A stretch of DNA of 32,000 nt from Planctomycetales bacterium (lineage in GTDB: Bacteria; 4484-113; JAFGCY01): contig CP060262.1 of assembly GCA_022646745.1 (NCBI GenBank), positions 2,670,001-2,702,000 of the forward strand, given 5' to 3'. Below are positions 1-8,851 of this stretch, piece by piece (the first letter of the stretch is position 1; the number at the start of each line of letters is the position of its first letter). The position numbers were made by a program, and so were the translations under genes. Under the pieces are notes generated by a model. It was not told where the DNA came from. It made no database searches and saw only the letters and a list, made by a program, of their open reading frames with translations.

Positions 1-24
1 TGACATCATGCAGCCCTCCGGTGC

Positions 25-53
25 TTGACGCAGGGGCGGGTGCAAAATAGAAT
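25..53 (+). promoter_or_regulatory. sigma70-type promoter candidate for the lipoprotein cluster
   Basis: TTGACG (25-30), exact 17-nt spacer, TAGAAT (48-53). The first ATG at 96 is preceded by GAGGAAGG. Confidence 0.45.
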
Positions 54-95
54 TGCACTCTCAACGGAACTCTTTGAGGAAGGCGTGAAAACGGG

Positions 96-815
96 ATGAC
101 ATCTAAAGTTACGGTGCTGCTGCTCCTTGCATGGATGCTGCTTGTGGCGGGCTGCGGCTCGGGAAACCGCATCGATACGGTCGGTGACGGCCCGGGCGGC
201 GGGCATGACATCCCCCTGATCCCCGAAGTCGACTGGCCGACCATTGACCTGTTCAATACAGGCGTGGAAAGCGGCGGGATCACCACCTTCCCGGACGAGG
301 GCAAGTTCCTCGGTGACGGTAATGACCTGTCCCTCACCGCGACCTCCACACCCGTCACGATCGTGATCCGCGACAACACCTTCTTCAGCGGTGTCGAGCA
401 GATCTACGACACCGACGGCAATGGCATCATGGACTACATTAACATCAGCGTGCGCGCGGTCAGCGCACAGGCAGCGGCGAGCCTCGATAACAATGTGAGC
501 CTCAATGCGAACAACTTCTTCAAGGGCGGCGCGATCCTGATCGAGCCCTATGACACGAATGTGAGTGTGGCCTCCCAGGTCACGATCCCGATCAACAGCA
601 CCACTGCATTCTCAACTGCAGATTACGCCCTGTTCCGCTGGAACGGCAACTACAAGGCTCCCAGCTCAGACATCGGAACCGATGTCGGCGTCTGGGAGTT
701 CGTGAATGTCCCCGTCACCAACAACGGTGATAACACCGTGACCTTTGACATTTCACGTTATGGCGAGTACTGTGTGGTCGTGTCCCACGACCAGGGTGGC
801 GGCAGCTCCCTCTAG
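96..815 (+). CDS. lipoprotein of unknown function
   Basis: 239-aa ORF. N-terminus MTSKVTVLLLLAWMLLVAG|CGSG is a signal peptide plus lipobox. No recognisable catalytic motif. It is the first gene after the promoter candidate. Confidence 0.7.
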   Translation: MTSKVTVLLLLAWMLLVAGCGSGNRIDTVGDGPGGGHDIPLIPEVDWPTIDLFNTGVESGGITTFPDEGKFLGDGNDLSLTATSTPVTIVIRDNTFFSGVEQIYDTDGNGIMDYINISVRAVSAQAAASLDNNVSLNANNFFKGGAILIEPYDTNVSVASQVTIPINSTTAFSTADYALFRWNGNYKAPSSDIGTDVGVWEFVNVPVTNNGDNTVTFDISRYGEYCVVVSHDQGGGSSL

Positions 816-841
816 GCAGCGGCGCATACTAGAATAGTCTG

Positions 842-2833
842 ATGCGCCGGGTCGCTCCAGTCCTCATCTCAGCCCTGCTGGCAATAGCCGCACTGGTTCC
901 TGCCGCAGCCAGTGAGGATACCCAGGTCGATGGCGTGAGCGGACTGCTGTTCACTCCGACTGCCGAAGTGGTCAATGAAGGTCGTGCGGTCTTCACCTGG
1001 AGCCGCCACCTCAACACCACGATCCGCACCAACGGGGAGTTCTTTGAGCGCAGCTATGCGATGACGCTCGGCTACCTGCCGAATGTCGAAGTCGGCATGC
1101 GCTTCGCCGACTTCCCCGACCTGCCGGACAGCAACAACTCCACGAACTTCCAGGACCGCAGCATCAGTGCCAAGCTGCAGCTGTTCAATGAGGACGGCTG
1201 GCAGGGTGCCGTCGGTGCGATCGATCTCGCCGGCGACAGCCAGACCAATGAGGCGATGTACGGCGTGCTGGGCTACAACGGCATTGAGGACCTGGAACTG
1301 AGCGCAGGCTACGGCACTGACAAGCTGGACGGCTTCTTCGGCGGTGCGCGCTGGAGCCCCTTCGACCAGGCCAGCCTGGTCGGTGAATTTGTCAACGACC
1401 AGTTCAACTACGGCCTCGAGGTCCGGCCGCTGAAGGGCCTGACGCTGAAGGCCGGGCGCATCAATGAGGACGACGCCTACCAGGGCAGCTACTCCTTCCC
1501 GCTGGACCCGCGCGGCCAGGAACTGATCTGCTGCCCGGTCGCCATCGAGCGCTGTGAATGCCTTGCCACGGAACCATGTGACATCGCCGCCCAGGTGCGT
1601 GATGCACTGGTGGCTGAGTCATTTGAGAACGTGCTCGTCGGCACCGATGGCGACACGCTGGTGATCGAATACGAGAACCGCCGCTTCCGCGAACAGGTGG
1701 ACGGCCTGGCGGTGGCGGCATTGACGGCGGCGACCCACAGTGGCACAGGCATCACGCGCGTGGTGATCTCTCCGAAGCTTGAGGACGTGCCGCAGATGAG
1801 CTTCATCGCGGACATGGATGAGCTGCTCACCTTCCTTGAGGACCCGGCAGGCAGTTGCCAGAACTTCCTCAGTGTGCCGTACCGCTACAACATGTGCCCG
1901 GCGGACACCGTGTTTGCCAGTGAGGGCAACAAGCGGCCAGGCGCACTCGACGTGTCCGTGCGACCGACAAACAGCTTTGTGATCGCATCTCCATTCCAGC
2001 CCAGCTGGCGCACAGCCTTCGGGCTCGGACTGACTGAGGAACTGTCTCTGGCACGGGGCACCAAGCTGATTGCCCGCCAGAATATTCCCGTGACTGACGA
2101 CATCACCGAGAAGACCGAACCGGTGATGACGAACGCCTTCATCAACTGGAATGACAGCTGGGATGAGGACTTCTTCCTGCAGGCCCAGGCTGGCATGATC
2201 AGCCGCGGCAACTATGGTGGAGTGGCTGAAGCGGGCAAGTACTTTGACAACGACCGCTTCAAGCTCGGCGTCAGCGGCGCCTACATTGAGACGGATGACA
2301 ACGGCGATCCCGAGGACTCCATGATCCTCGGCGAGCTGGCGGTGTTTGAGCCTTCCCTGGACTTCAACATCAGCCTGCAGGGCGGCGAGTTCCTCGAGGG
2401 TGACGACGGTTTCCGCATCACGAGCACCCGCTACTTCGGCCCGACCCAGATCAGCTTCTTCGCCTACGACACCAACATGTCCAGCCCGGCCGGCGGATTC
2501 CGCATCTTCCTGCCGATCCCGCTGTACGACCAGGGCCGCCACGGCAGGTCACGGCTCGGCTGGGCTGACTACTACGGCTTCCAGTACCGCACGGACAGCG
2601 ACCCCTGGGGCAGTGTGCCGCTGCCTGGCTGGGACCTCGACCAGCTGCGGGAGCGCTTGCGCCCTGCCTACGTCAGCGAGCACTACGACGAATTCCGGCG
2701 CGCGGCCTGGCTCTACCTGGAGAACTCCTACTCGCCCTGCGAGCATTGCAGCCATGACCACGAAACAGAAGGGGCCGATGAGCTTGCCGCTGCAATGCCA
2801 GCCACGGAAGGGCAGGACGGCGCAGTTGAGTAG
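842..2833 (+). CDS. YjbH/GfcD-family outer-membrane beta-barrel protein
   Basis: 663-aa ORF with a type I signal peptide (LLAIAALVPAAAS|ED). The N-terminal GVSGLLFTPTAEVVNEGRAVFTWS matches the remembered E. coli YjbH start GGVGLLQTPTARMAREGELSLNY. The mid region GDTLVIEYENRRFR resembles YjbH GDTLYVTGEQVKYR. The C-terminal GGFRIFLPIPLYD resembles YjbH KGVYVSVPLDLFS. There is an extra Cys cluster, CCPVAIERCECLATEPC. Confidence 0.7.
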   Translation: MRRVAPVLISALLAIAALVPAAASEDTQVDGVSGLLFTPTAEVVNEGRAVFTWSRHLNTTIRTNGEFFERSYAMTLGYLPNVEVGMRFADFPDLPDSNNSTNFQDRSISAKLQLFNEDGWQGAVGAIDLAGDSQTNEAMYGVLGYNGIEDLELSAGYGTDKLDGFFGGARWSPFDQASLVGEFVNDQFNYGLEVRPLKGLTLKAGRINEDDAYQGSYSFPLDPRGQELICCPVAIERCECLATEPCDIAAQVRDALVAESFENVLVGTDGDTLVIEYENRRFREQVDGLAVAALTAATHSGTGITRVVISPKLEDVPQMSFIADMDELLTFLEDPAGSCQNFLSVPYRYNMCPADTVFASEGNKRPGALDVSVRPTNSFVIASPFQPSWRTAFGLGLTEELSLARGTKLIARQNIPVTDDITEKTEPVMTNAFINWNDSWDEDFFLQAQAGMISRGNYGGVAEAGKYFDNDRFKLGVSGAYIETDDNGDPEDSMILGELAVFEPSLDFNISLQGGEFLEGDDGFRITSTRYFGPTQISFFAYDTNMSSPAGGFRIFLPIPLYDQGRHGRSRLGWADYYGFQYRTDSDPWGSVPLPGWDLDQLRERLRPAYVSEHYDEFRRAAWLYLENSYSPCEHCSHDHETEGADELAAAMPATEGQDGAVE

Positions 2834-2917
2834 GCCCAAGTGTTCACCAAGGGGTGCTGCGCTAGTGTTCCTTGCTGTTCCCGGCTTTTCCGCTAGACTG
2901 TTATCAGGGATACCGCA

Positions 2918-3346
2918 ATGATTTGCAGGATAGCTCCGATTCAGGGTCTGGCCGTGATCCTGGCGGGAGGGTTGGCAGTTGGGTGCAATACGCATGGAAT
3001 CGGTGAACCGCAGTACCACAACGAGCAGCACAGCGTGTCCATCCTCGCGCCATCCGAGCTGGTGGCGGGGCAGGAGGTCACCTTCAGGCTGTATGGCGAC
3101 CGCTATGACAACCCGCTGTACGTCAGCTGGGACTTCGGCGGCGGTGCGCTGCCGAACCTCATTGTGGAGCAGAGCGCGGACAAGTCCGAGAATTCCGTCA
3201 CGGTGCTGCTCATCAATGACACCACCGAACCGGTGCAATATCTGCTCAACGTCGACGTTCGCAGTGACGAAGGCAAGGAAGGCACAGGCGTGCTGCGTTA
3301 TACGGTGCAGCCTGACCCGAACACTCCGCCAGCCGGCGACCAGTAG
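2918..3346 (+). CDS. truncated member of the lipoprotein family (PKD-like module only)
   Basis: 142 aa. Lipobox LAVG|CNT. PKD-like signature YVSWDFGGGALPN followed by a beta-rich stretch. It lacks the cadherin-like and C-terminal modules. Confidence 0.65.
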   Translation: MICRIAPIQGLAVILAGGLAVGCNTHGIGEPQYHNEQHSVSILAPSELVAGQEVTFRLYGDRYDNPLYVSWDFGGGALPNLIVEQSADKSENSVTVLLINDTTEPVQYLLNVDVRSDEGKEGTGVLRYTVQPDPNTPPAGDQ

Positions 3347-3370
3347 CTTGATACGCCCCGGGGGCCAGAC

Positions 3371-4654
3371 ATGCGCATCCTGACAACATTATTCTGCCTC
3401 GGATCCTGCCTGCTGATGGCTGCGCTTGCCTCCTGCGGTGCATCCAGCCCGCCCCCGCAGCAGGGCGCACCTCCGGTTGAGGCGATCATTGTCGCCCCGT
3501 TTGAGATGCGCGGTGGCAGCCAGGCTGTCTGGCGAGTCAACGTCAACGGTTACAACGGCCCCTTCACGATCCACTGGGACTTCGGCGGCGGGGCGGTTGT
3601 CAATGAGCATGACTTCAGCAATGAACTCAGCCCGAACCTGCTGCAGGTTGGCATGGTGAACGGCACTGAAGCGGTGAAGGAATACACCGTCACCGTCAGC
3701 GTGACCGACAAGGTCGGTGAGACTGATACCAGCACCTTCCGCTACCGGGTTGACCCGCCGGGTGATGAGCCCGACCCGGTTGACCCGCCGGTCAAGCCGC
3801 CTGTCGACCCGACCCCCGGCAACCGCGCACCGGTGATAGACAGCTTCAGCGTCAATAACGGTGTGCTGCAGGTGTCCTGTTCCGACAAGGATGGCGACGA
3901 TATCACCGTCAGCGTGGTCGACGAGTTCGGCAACGAATATCCTTCGCAGGAAGGGACGGAAACCCAGTTCGAGATCGACCAGTGGGTCGCATTCTGGCAG
4001 GCGGAGGTCAGCCTGGAGATCACGGCCAGCGACGGCCAGGACGCTACAAGCACTACCGCCACTTATGCACCGAAGCCGATCAGCATTGCTGATGACACGC
4101 TGTATGCGGTTGCCATGTCCGGCACGGCGCCATCTGTGCGAGACCCGCAGCAGGCCAGTGATGGGCAGTCCGTGCGGGTGGTGGTATTCACCGGCCCGAC
4201 CAAGCAGCCCTTCCAGCGGATGGCGTCTGTCGCCGTGACCTGCGAGGATGGCTCGGACTACGTGCTCGGCAGCTTTGATGCCGGAGCGCCTGACGGCAGC
4301 ACCGATGCAAATGGCCTGACGGGGATTGACGGGATCTGGCAACTGCTTGAGGCTGACGACCTGCAGTACAGCGCTGATGACCAGATCGGCGGCATCCACC
4401 GCCGTGACCTGCCCGGCAGCCGCGGGGCGCTGGACTTCAGCATCATCCCGCAGGGCGCCCTTGAGATAACTGGTGCTTATGGCGTGCTGTTCAGTTTCGA
4501 GATCGCATTCAGCGAGCCGGGCGAGTACCGCATCGGTTTCCAGCCCGTTGACACAATCAGCCGTACCTATTACCAGGATGACAGTGCCTCAAACGAATTC
4601 TTCTGGGGAGATGTGACGAACAGCACGGTGCCGAACATCATCACCGTGAACTAG
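3371..4654 (+). CDS. paralogous surface lipoprotein (PKD-like + cadherin-like + conserved C-terminal module), most divergent member
   Basis: 427 aa. Lipobox LAS|CGAS. Contains FTIHWDFGGGAVVN, a Pro-rich linker PPGDEPDPVDPPVKPPVDPTPG and SCSDKDGDDITVS. C-terminal module: DDTLYAVA...GVLFSFEIAFSEPGEYRIGFQPVDTISRTYYQDDSASNEFFWGDV...IITVN. Confidence 0.8.
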   Translation: MRILTTLFCLGSCLLMAALASCGASSPPPQQGAPPVEAIIVAPFEMRGGSQAVWRVNVNGYNGPFTIHWDFGGGAVVNEHDFSNELSPNLLQVGMVNGTEAVKEYTVTVSVTDKVGETDTSTFRYRVDPPGDEPDPVDPPVKPPVDPTPGNRAPVIDSFSVNNGVLQVSCSDKDGDDITVSVVDEFGNEYPSQEGTETQFEIDQWVAFWQAEVSLEITASDGQDATSTTATYAPKPISIADDTLYAVAMSGTAPSVRDPQQASDGQSVRVVVFTGPTKQPFQRMASVAVTCEDGSDYVLGSFDAGAPDGSTDANGLTGIDGIWQLLEADDLQYSADDQIGGIHRRDLPGSRGALDFSIIPQGALEITGAYGVLFSFEIAFSEPGEYRIGFQPVDTISRTYYQDDSASNEFFWGDVTNSTVPNIITVN

Positions 4655-4730
4655 GGATTACCGGGATATACCGAACAGGGATCTGACTGGGCCGCAAGCC
4701 GCGACAGGCGGCGTAACTGGGGAGGTCTGC

Positions 4731-5951
4731 ATGAAGCAGATGGGACTGATACTGGCAGTGCTGGTGCTTGCACTGGCAACGTCGTGCGATTCGCTCGTTC
4801 GCGATACTTTAAATGTAGGTCATGGTAGAGGTCATGGAGCAACAATCGACATTAGGAGTCCAGTTGCTACCGGACCCAATGCGCCAAGTCTGTTTGGCAA
4901 TGAGACAGCTGAATTCTCTGCTGATATCATCGGTGTGAATGGACCGTTCAATATCTCGTGGAGATTCGGAGGGGCTGCCGAGGACACAACAAGCGTTCTC
5001 TTTAACTCAGGTACGAGTACAGTTGAGGTGCTCCTGATTGATCTGGATGAAGAGACTACCTTTACCGCTACTGCTACTCTCACAGACAGTGCGGGAATTG
5101 CTTATTCTGACTCAGTTACATTCACTGTCGGACCAACCCAGAACATCCCACCTACGATTGATTCTCTGACATTCTCCGATGGAATCCTCACAGCTACTGC
5201 CTCAGATCCTGACAACGACTACCTGGAGTTTTCTGCGAAGGTGCTGTCTGGGGTGGTGCGCGTCAGCGGGCCATATAACACCACTGCCACCAGTGCCAGC
5301 TTCAGTCTGGTAAGCGAGGACATCCTTGCGGGAGGTAACTTCTCAGTCCAGGTCACCGTACAGGACGGCAGGGGAGGGGAGGACAGCGATACCTTCAACC
5401 AGGAATTCAAGGCCTTCCCGCTTGAACCCGACACCCTCTACGCCATTGCCACTTCGGACAGGACTTCCGCAGGCGGCAATGTCAGGGTGGTGGTTGCCAC
5501 CGGGGACACCGCCAATCCCTTCCAGTATGTCAACGGCTGCGGTGTAGTCTGTGAGAATGGGGCCAGCTATGCTTCCACAACATTCGACGTCGGCAACCCG
5601 GATGACACACCGGATGTCGGTTCAGCCAATCCGATTGACGGCGTCTGGGGCGACATGGGGGCCACGAGCTTCCTTCTGGCGCCTGACAACTTCATCACTG
5701 GCAAGGATCTCGGTAACGGCAGCAGCCGCACCGACTTCAATGTGACGCCGCTCGGTGGCAGTGACATCACCGCCAATGGCATCCTGTTCAGCTTTGAGTA
5801 CACCTTCGCGTCTGCGGGTACATACCATTTAGGCTTTGAAGCCGTGAACATAGTCAGCCGCACCTACTACACCGATGCCAGCCAGTCCGAGGACTTCTTC
5901 TGGTCTGACATCTCGAATGATCATCAGTACAACACGATTGTAGTGGAGTAG
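4731..5951 (+). CDS. paralogous surface lipoprotein (PKD-like + cadherin-like + conserved C-terminal module)
   Basis: 406 aa. SD GGGGAGG lies upstream. Lipobox LATS|CDS. Contains GPFNISWRFGGAAEDTTS, TASDPDNDYLEFSA and the C-terminal module FPLEPDTLYAIATSD...YNTIVVE. Confidence 0.85.
   Translation: MKQMGLILAVLVLALATSCDSLVRDTLNVGHGRGHGATIDIRSPVATGPNAPSLFGNETAEFSADIIGVNGPFNISWRFGGAAEDTTSVLFNSGTSTVEVLLIDLDEETTFTATATLTDSAGIAYSDSVTFTVGPTQNIPPTIDSLTFSDGILTATASDPDNDYLEFSAKVLSGVVRVSGPYNTTATSASFSLVSEDILAGGNFSVQVTVQDGRGGEDSDTFNQEFKAFPLEPDTLYAIATSDRTSAGGNVRVVVATGDTANPFQYVNGCGVVCENGASYASTTFDVGNPDDTPDVGSANPIDGVWGDMGATSFLLAPDNFITGKDLGNGSSRTDFNVTPLGGSDITANGILFSFEYTFASAGTYHLGFEAVNIVSRTYYTDASQSEDFFWSDISNDHQYNTIVVE
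5421..5951 (+). repeat. 531-bp near-identical direct repeat, copy A (3' part of the lipoprotein gene)
   Basis: Aligns without gaps to 6632-7162 at a constant offset of 1211 nt. I see only 2 mismatches in the first ~120 nt, then a dense patch of mostly synonymous differences around 5543-5585, then high identity again. Confidence 0.9.
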
Positions 5952-5953
5952 GC

Positions 5954-7162
5954 ATGAAGCATCTGACTTTAATGATGTTAATTCTATTCGGATGTGGATC
6001 AGTAGTTGGCTGTGAGACCCTGAATGTAGGTACCGACAACCCTCATACTCTGCAGATCACTCTCAGTGCACCTGTTGGCACTGGGCCAAATGCTCCTGGA
6101 CTTTGGAGTGGCGAATCCGCAACGTTTTCCGCTACGACAACTGAGTTCAGCGGACCTTTCGAGTTTGACTGGAACTTTGGCGGAGCTGCAGCGAATACAA
6201 CTTCCAGATTGGACTCTGCTGGAACAACCTCTGTAGGAGTTACCTTTGTTGATCTTGCAGCGCCGTCAGACTTCACTGCAACAGTGACAATGACAACCGG
6301 AGACGGTAGGCAGGCAAGCGACAGAGTGAATTTCTACGTATCTGCGGGGGAAAACTTCTTTCCTGTACTGGAATCACTGAGTATTGACAATGGAATTCTC
6401 ACAGCTATTGGCTCAGATAATGACGGCGACTCCCTGTACTTCGACGCATATGTCCTGTCAGGACAAATCCTGTTAGGTAAACCATTCAACACAACTGAAG
6501 TTAGTGCACAGTGGAAGGTAGAACTAAGTGACAAGTTTGTAGGATCAGGTTGGGAGATTCAAGTTTTTGTTGGTGACGGAACCGGTGCAAGCGATTCGGG
6601 CAAAATTTCAGGTGCTTTTGAACCATTTCATCTTGAACCCGACACCCTCTACGCCATTGCCACTTCGGACAGGACTTCCGCGGGCGGCAATGTCAGGGTG
6701 GTGGTTGCTACCGGGGACACCGCCAATCCCTTCCAGTATGTCAACGGCTGCGGGGTTGTGTGCGAGAACGGTGCTTCCTACGCCAGCCAGACCTTTGACG
6801 TCGGCAATCCGGATGACACACCGGATGTCGGTTCTGCCAATCCGATTGACGGCGTCTGGGGCGACATGGGGGCCACGAGCTTCCTGCTGGCCCCCGACAA
6901 CTTCATCACCGGCACCGACCTCGGCAATGGCATGAGCCGCACCGATTTCAATGTGACGCCGCTCGGTGGCAGTGACATCACCGCCAATGGCATCCTGTTC
7001 AGCTTCGAATACACCTTCGCCTCGGCAGGCACATATCACCTGGGCTTTGAAGCGGTGAACATCGTCAGCCGGACCTACTACACCGATGCCAGCCAATCCG
7101 AGGACTTCTTCTGGTCTGACATCTCGAATGATCATCAGTACAATGTAATTGTTGTGGAGTGA
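5954..7162 (+). CDS. paralogous surface lipoprotein (PKD-like + cadherin-like + conserved C-terminal module)
   Basis: 402 aa. Starts 2 nt after the previous stop. The lipidated Cys is probably VVG|CETLNVG, by alignment to the CDTLN of its paralogs. Contains FEFDWNFGGAAANTTS and GSDNDGDSLYFDA. The C-terminal 177 aa are almost identical to those of the preceding gene. Confidence 0.85.
   Translation: MKHLTLMMLILFGCGSVVGCETLNVGTDNPHTLQITLSAPVGTGPNAPGLWSGESATFSATTTEFSGPFEFDWNFGGAAANTTSRLDSAGTTSVGVTFVDLAAPSDFTATVTMTTGDGRQASDRVNFYVSAGENFFPVLESLSIDNGILTAIGSDNDGDSLYFDAYVLSGQILLGKPFNTTEVSAQWKVELSDKFVGSGWEIQVFVGDGTGASDSGKISGAFEPFHLEPDTLYAIATSDRTSAGGNVRVVVATGDTANPFQYVNGCGVVCENGASYASQTFDVGNPDDTPDVGSANPIDGVWGDMGATSFLLAPDNFITGTDLGNGMSRTDFNVTPLGGSDITANGILFSFEYTFASAGTYHLGFEAVNIVSRTYYTDASQSEDFFWSDISNDHQYNVIVVE
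6632..7162 (+). repeat. 531-bp near-identical direct repeat, copy B
   Basis: Partner of 5421-5951. Begins at the same CTTGAACCCGACACCCTCTACGCC and ends at the stop codon. Confidence 0.9.
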
Positions 7163-7165
7163 AGA

Positions 7166-7585
7166 ATGAAGCACATAATTTGTATTTGCATTATTCTGAC
7201 GACCCTGATGATCGTCTCCTGTTCTTCAGGCAAGGCAACGAGTGGAAATGTCTGGCAGGGCTGGGTCAGCATCCAGAGGTTCCTTGCCACTGACAGTGAG
7301 AGCGGTTCGATTCCAGTAGCCGGGAAACAGGCGACTCTCAGGGCTTTCGTTCTCACAATGGCGCGACCAATCAAGATCCGCTGGGAATTCGATGCAGCAA
7401 TTGATCCCATCGTCACGGATTACGCACAGGACAGTCTGGTGGAGACGGAGGTTCTGCTTCCCGCGAGTGAGGATGGTTACAACGTGAGATGCACCATGTA
7501 CGTGATCTACAACGACGAGGAAATCCACAGTTCTAGCAATGACTTCTTCGTCATTGGCACCGGCGAAATCCTGAACGCAGAATAG
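7166..7585 (+). CDS. truncated, degenerate member of the lipoprotein family (PKD-like module only)
   Basis: 139 aa. Lipobox MIVS|CSSG. Contains a degenerate signature KIRWEFDAAIDP. AT-richer than its neighbours. No C-terminal module. Confidence 0.55.
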   Translation: MKHIICICIILTTLMIVSCSSGKATSGNVWQGWVSIQRFLATDSESGSIPVAGKQATLRAFVLTMARPIKIRWEFDAAIDPIVTDYAQDSLVETEVLLPASEDGYNVRCTMYVIYNDEEIHSSSNDFFVIGTGEILNAE

Positions 7586-7608
7586 TTGCTTGAAGGGAGG
7601 GAAAAACC

Positions 7609-8847
7609 ATGTTCAGATTGTCAATCGCGATAATGCTGCTGTCAGTGCTGTGTTCCTGCAATGGTGGCGGGGGAAGCAAGTCGCAACCCTTCAACCACAA
7701 GCTGCAAATCACCCTCACTGACCCCGTCGGGCTCGGCAAGGATGCGCCGCTGCTGGCCGGTGGACAGCAGGCCCGCTTTTCAGCCGTTGTCACAGGGGTG
7801 AACGGCCCTTTCAACATCTCCTGGAACTTCGGCGGGGGCGCAGACAATACGACCAGTAGTCTCGCAGTGGCCGGTACAAGCACGGTGGACGTGCCGATGA
7901 AGGTGATCAGCGGCCAGCAGGACTACACAGCAACAGCGACGGTGACCGACGCTGCAGGAGTCAGCCAGACCTCAGCCATTAACTACCAGCTGCTGGGTTG
8001 GAACAATTCCGCACCGCTGATCGAGGACCTGACCCTGAGCAGCAGCAACCTCCTGACTGTGACAGCTTCTGACGAAGATGGCGACGAACTGAGCTTCAGC
8101 CTGCGCAGGGGGATAGATGACAAGGACCTCGGTCCGCCGGACAGCGTGGATGGCAACGTAGCAGTCTGGGACCTGAGCGATGAGCTGGCCCCGAGCCCGA
8201 ATGACATCCTCGCCAATGGCAATCTCAGCTTCGGCGGCTTCATCGCCACGGTTACGGATGAGCATGGTGCCAGCACTGAAAGCGAGCAGCTCGGAGGAAA
8301 CTTCGAGGCCTTCCCGTTGGAGGATGACACACTCTATGCGATTGCCAGTCGAAGGTCCGCAAAAGTTGGAAATCGCGTCAGGATATTCGTGGCAACCGGT
8401 GATACAGCCCAGCCATTCCTGTATCTCAATAGTTGCGCCGTTGTTGTCGAGAATGATGCCAGGCTGGTACCAAACTCACTTGATGGCGGCTCGTTTGATG
8501 ATGATGGCGCTGCGGACACGCCGATGGATGGTGTCTGGGCTGACGTTGCGGCAAGCAGTATCTTCGTGGATGCCGGTTTCGGTGGTTTCCTGGAGGGAAC
8601 TGACCTCGGTGATGGCACTTATTACATTCCCTTCCACGTAACGCCCTTCAACGGGACACCAATCACTGCAAATGGCTTGCTCTTCAGTTTTGAACTGGAA
8701 TTCCGCAAACCGGGGACCTACCATCTTGGCTTCCTGGAGCACAATGTCATTAGCCGGACCTACTACTCGGATTCTCTGGATGGCCCGGACCACTTCTGGT
8801 CAGACATCAGTAACAACCACGACTACAACACGATCGTGGTGGAGTAG
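7609..8847 (+). CDS. paralogous surface lipoprotein (PKD-like + cadherin-like + conserved C-terminal module)
   Basis: 412 aa. SD GGGAGGG. Lipobox VLCS|CNGG. Contains GPFNISWNFGGGADNTTS and TASDEDGDELSFS. C-terminal module: FPLEDDTLYAIAS...ANGLLFSFELEFRKPGTYHLGF...HFWSDISNNHDYNTIVVE. Confidence 0.85.
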   Translation: MFRLSIAIMLLSVLCSCNGGGGSKSQPFNHKLQITLTDPVGLGKDAPLLAGGQQARFSAVVTGVNGPFNISWNFGGGADNTTSSLAVAGTSTVDVPMKVISGQQDYTATATVTDAAGVSQTSAINYQLLGWNNSAPLIEDLTLSSSNLLTVTASDEDGDELSFSLRRGIDDKDLGPPDSVDGNVAVWDLSDELAPSPNDILANGNLSFGGFIATVTDEHGASTESEQLGGNFEAFPLEDDTLYAIASRRSAKVGNRVRIFVATGDTAQPFLYLNSCAVVVENDARLVPNSLDGGSFDDDGAADTPMDGVWADVAASSIFVDAGFGGFLEGTDLGDGTYYIPFHVTPFNGTPITANGLLFSFELEFRKPGTYHLGFLEHNVISRTYYSDSLDGPDHFWSDISNNHDYNTIVVE

Positions 8848-8851
8848 GAGT

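Noticed and set aside
6-206. The 66-aa minus-strand ORF at the window start.
   Set aside because: It overlaps the promoter candidate and the 5' end of the first lipoprotein gene. It is Arg/Ala-rich with no start signal, so it is probably spurious.
5900-5951. The conserved C-terminal ...H-x-YNTIVVE as a sorting tag (T9SS CTD, PEP-CTERM, LPXTG, OMP beta-signal).
   Set aside because: It has no terminal aromatic residue, no TM helix plus basic tail, no PEP or LPXTG motif, and it does not resemble the T9SS CTD pattern I know. It is more simply the last strand of the conserved C-terminal module.
5421-7162. Diversity-generating retroelement (TR/VR pair) as the explanation for the near-identical 3' segments.
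   Set aside because: There is no reverse transcriptase or accessory gene in the window. The differences are not confined to adenine positions. Both copies are in-frame coding 3' ends of intact genes. Gene conversion between paralogs explains them better.
8672-8851. N-terminal extensions of track ORFs: 8672 for the 8852 gene, 18800 for argC, 21635 for argE, 22497 for argH, 17785 for X, 25730 for the MFS gene.
   Set aside because: The extensions overlap the preceding gene in another frame and translate to non-protein-like sequence. Internal starts give canonical N-termini (signal peptide or family-typical start) and tight operon junctions.
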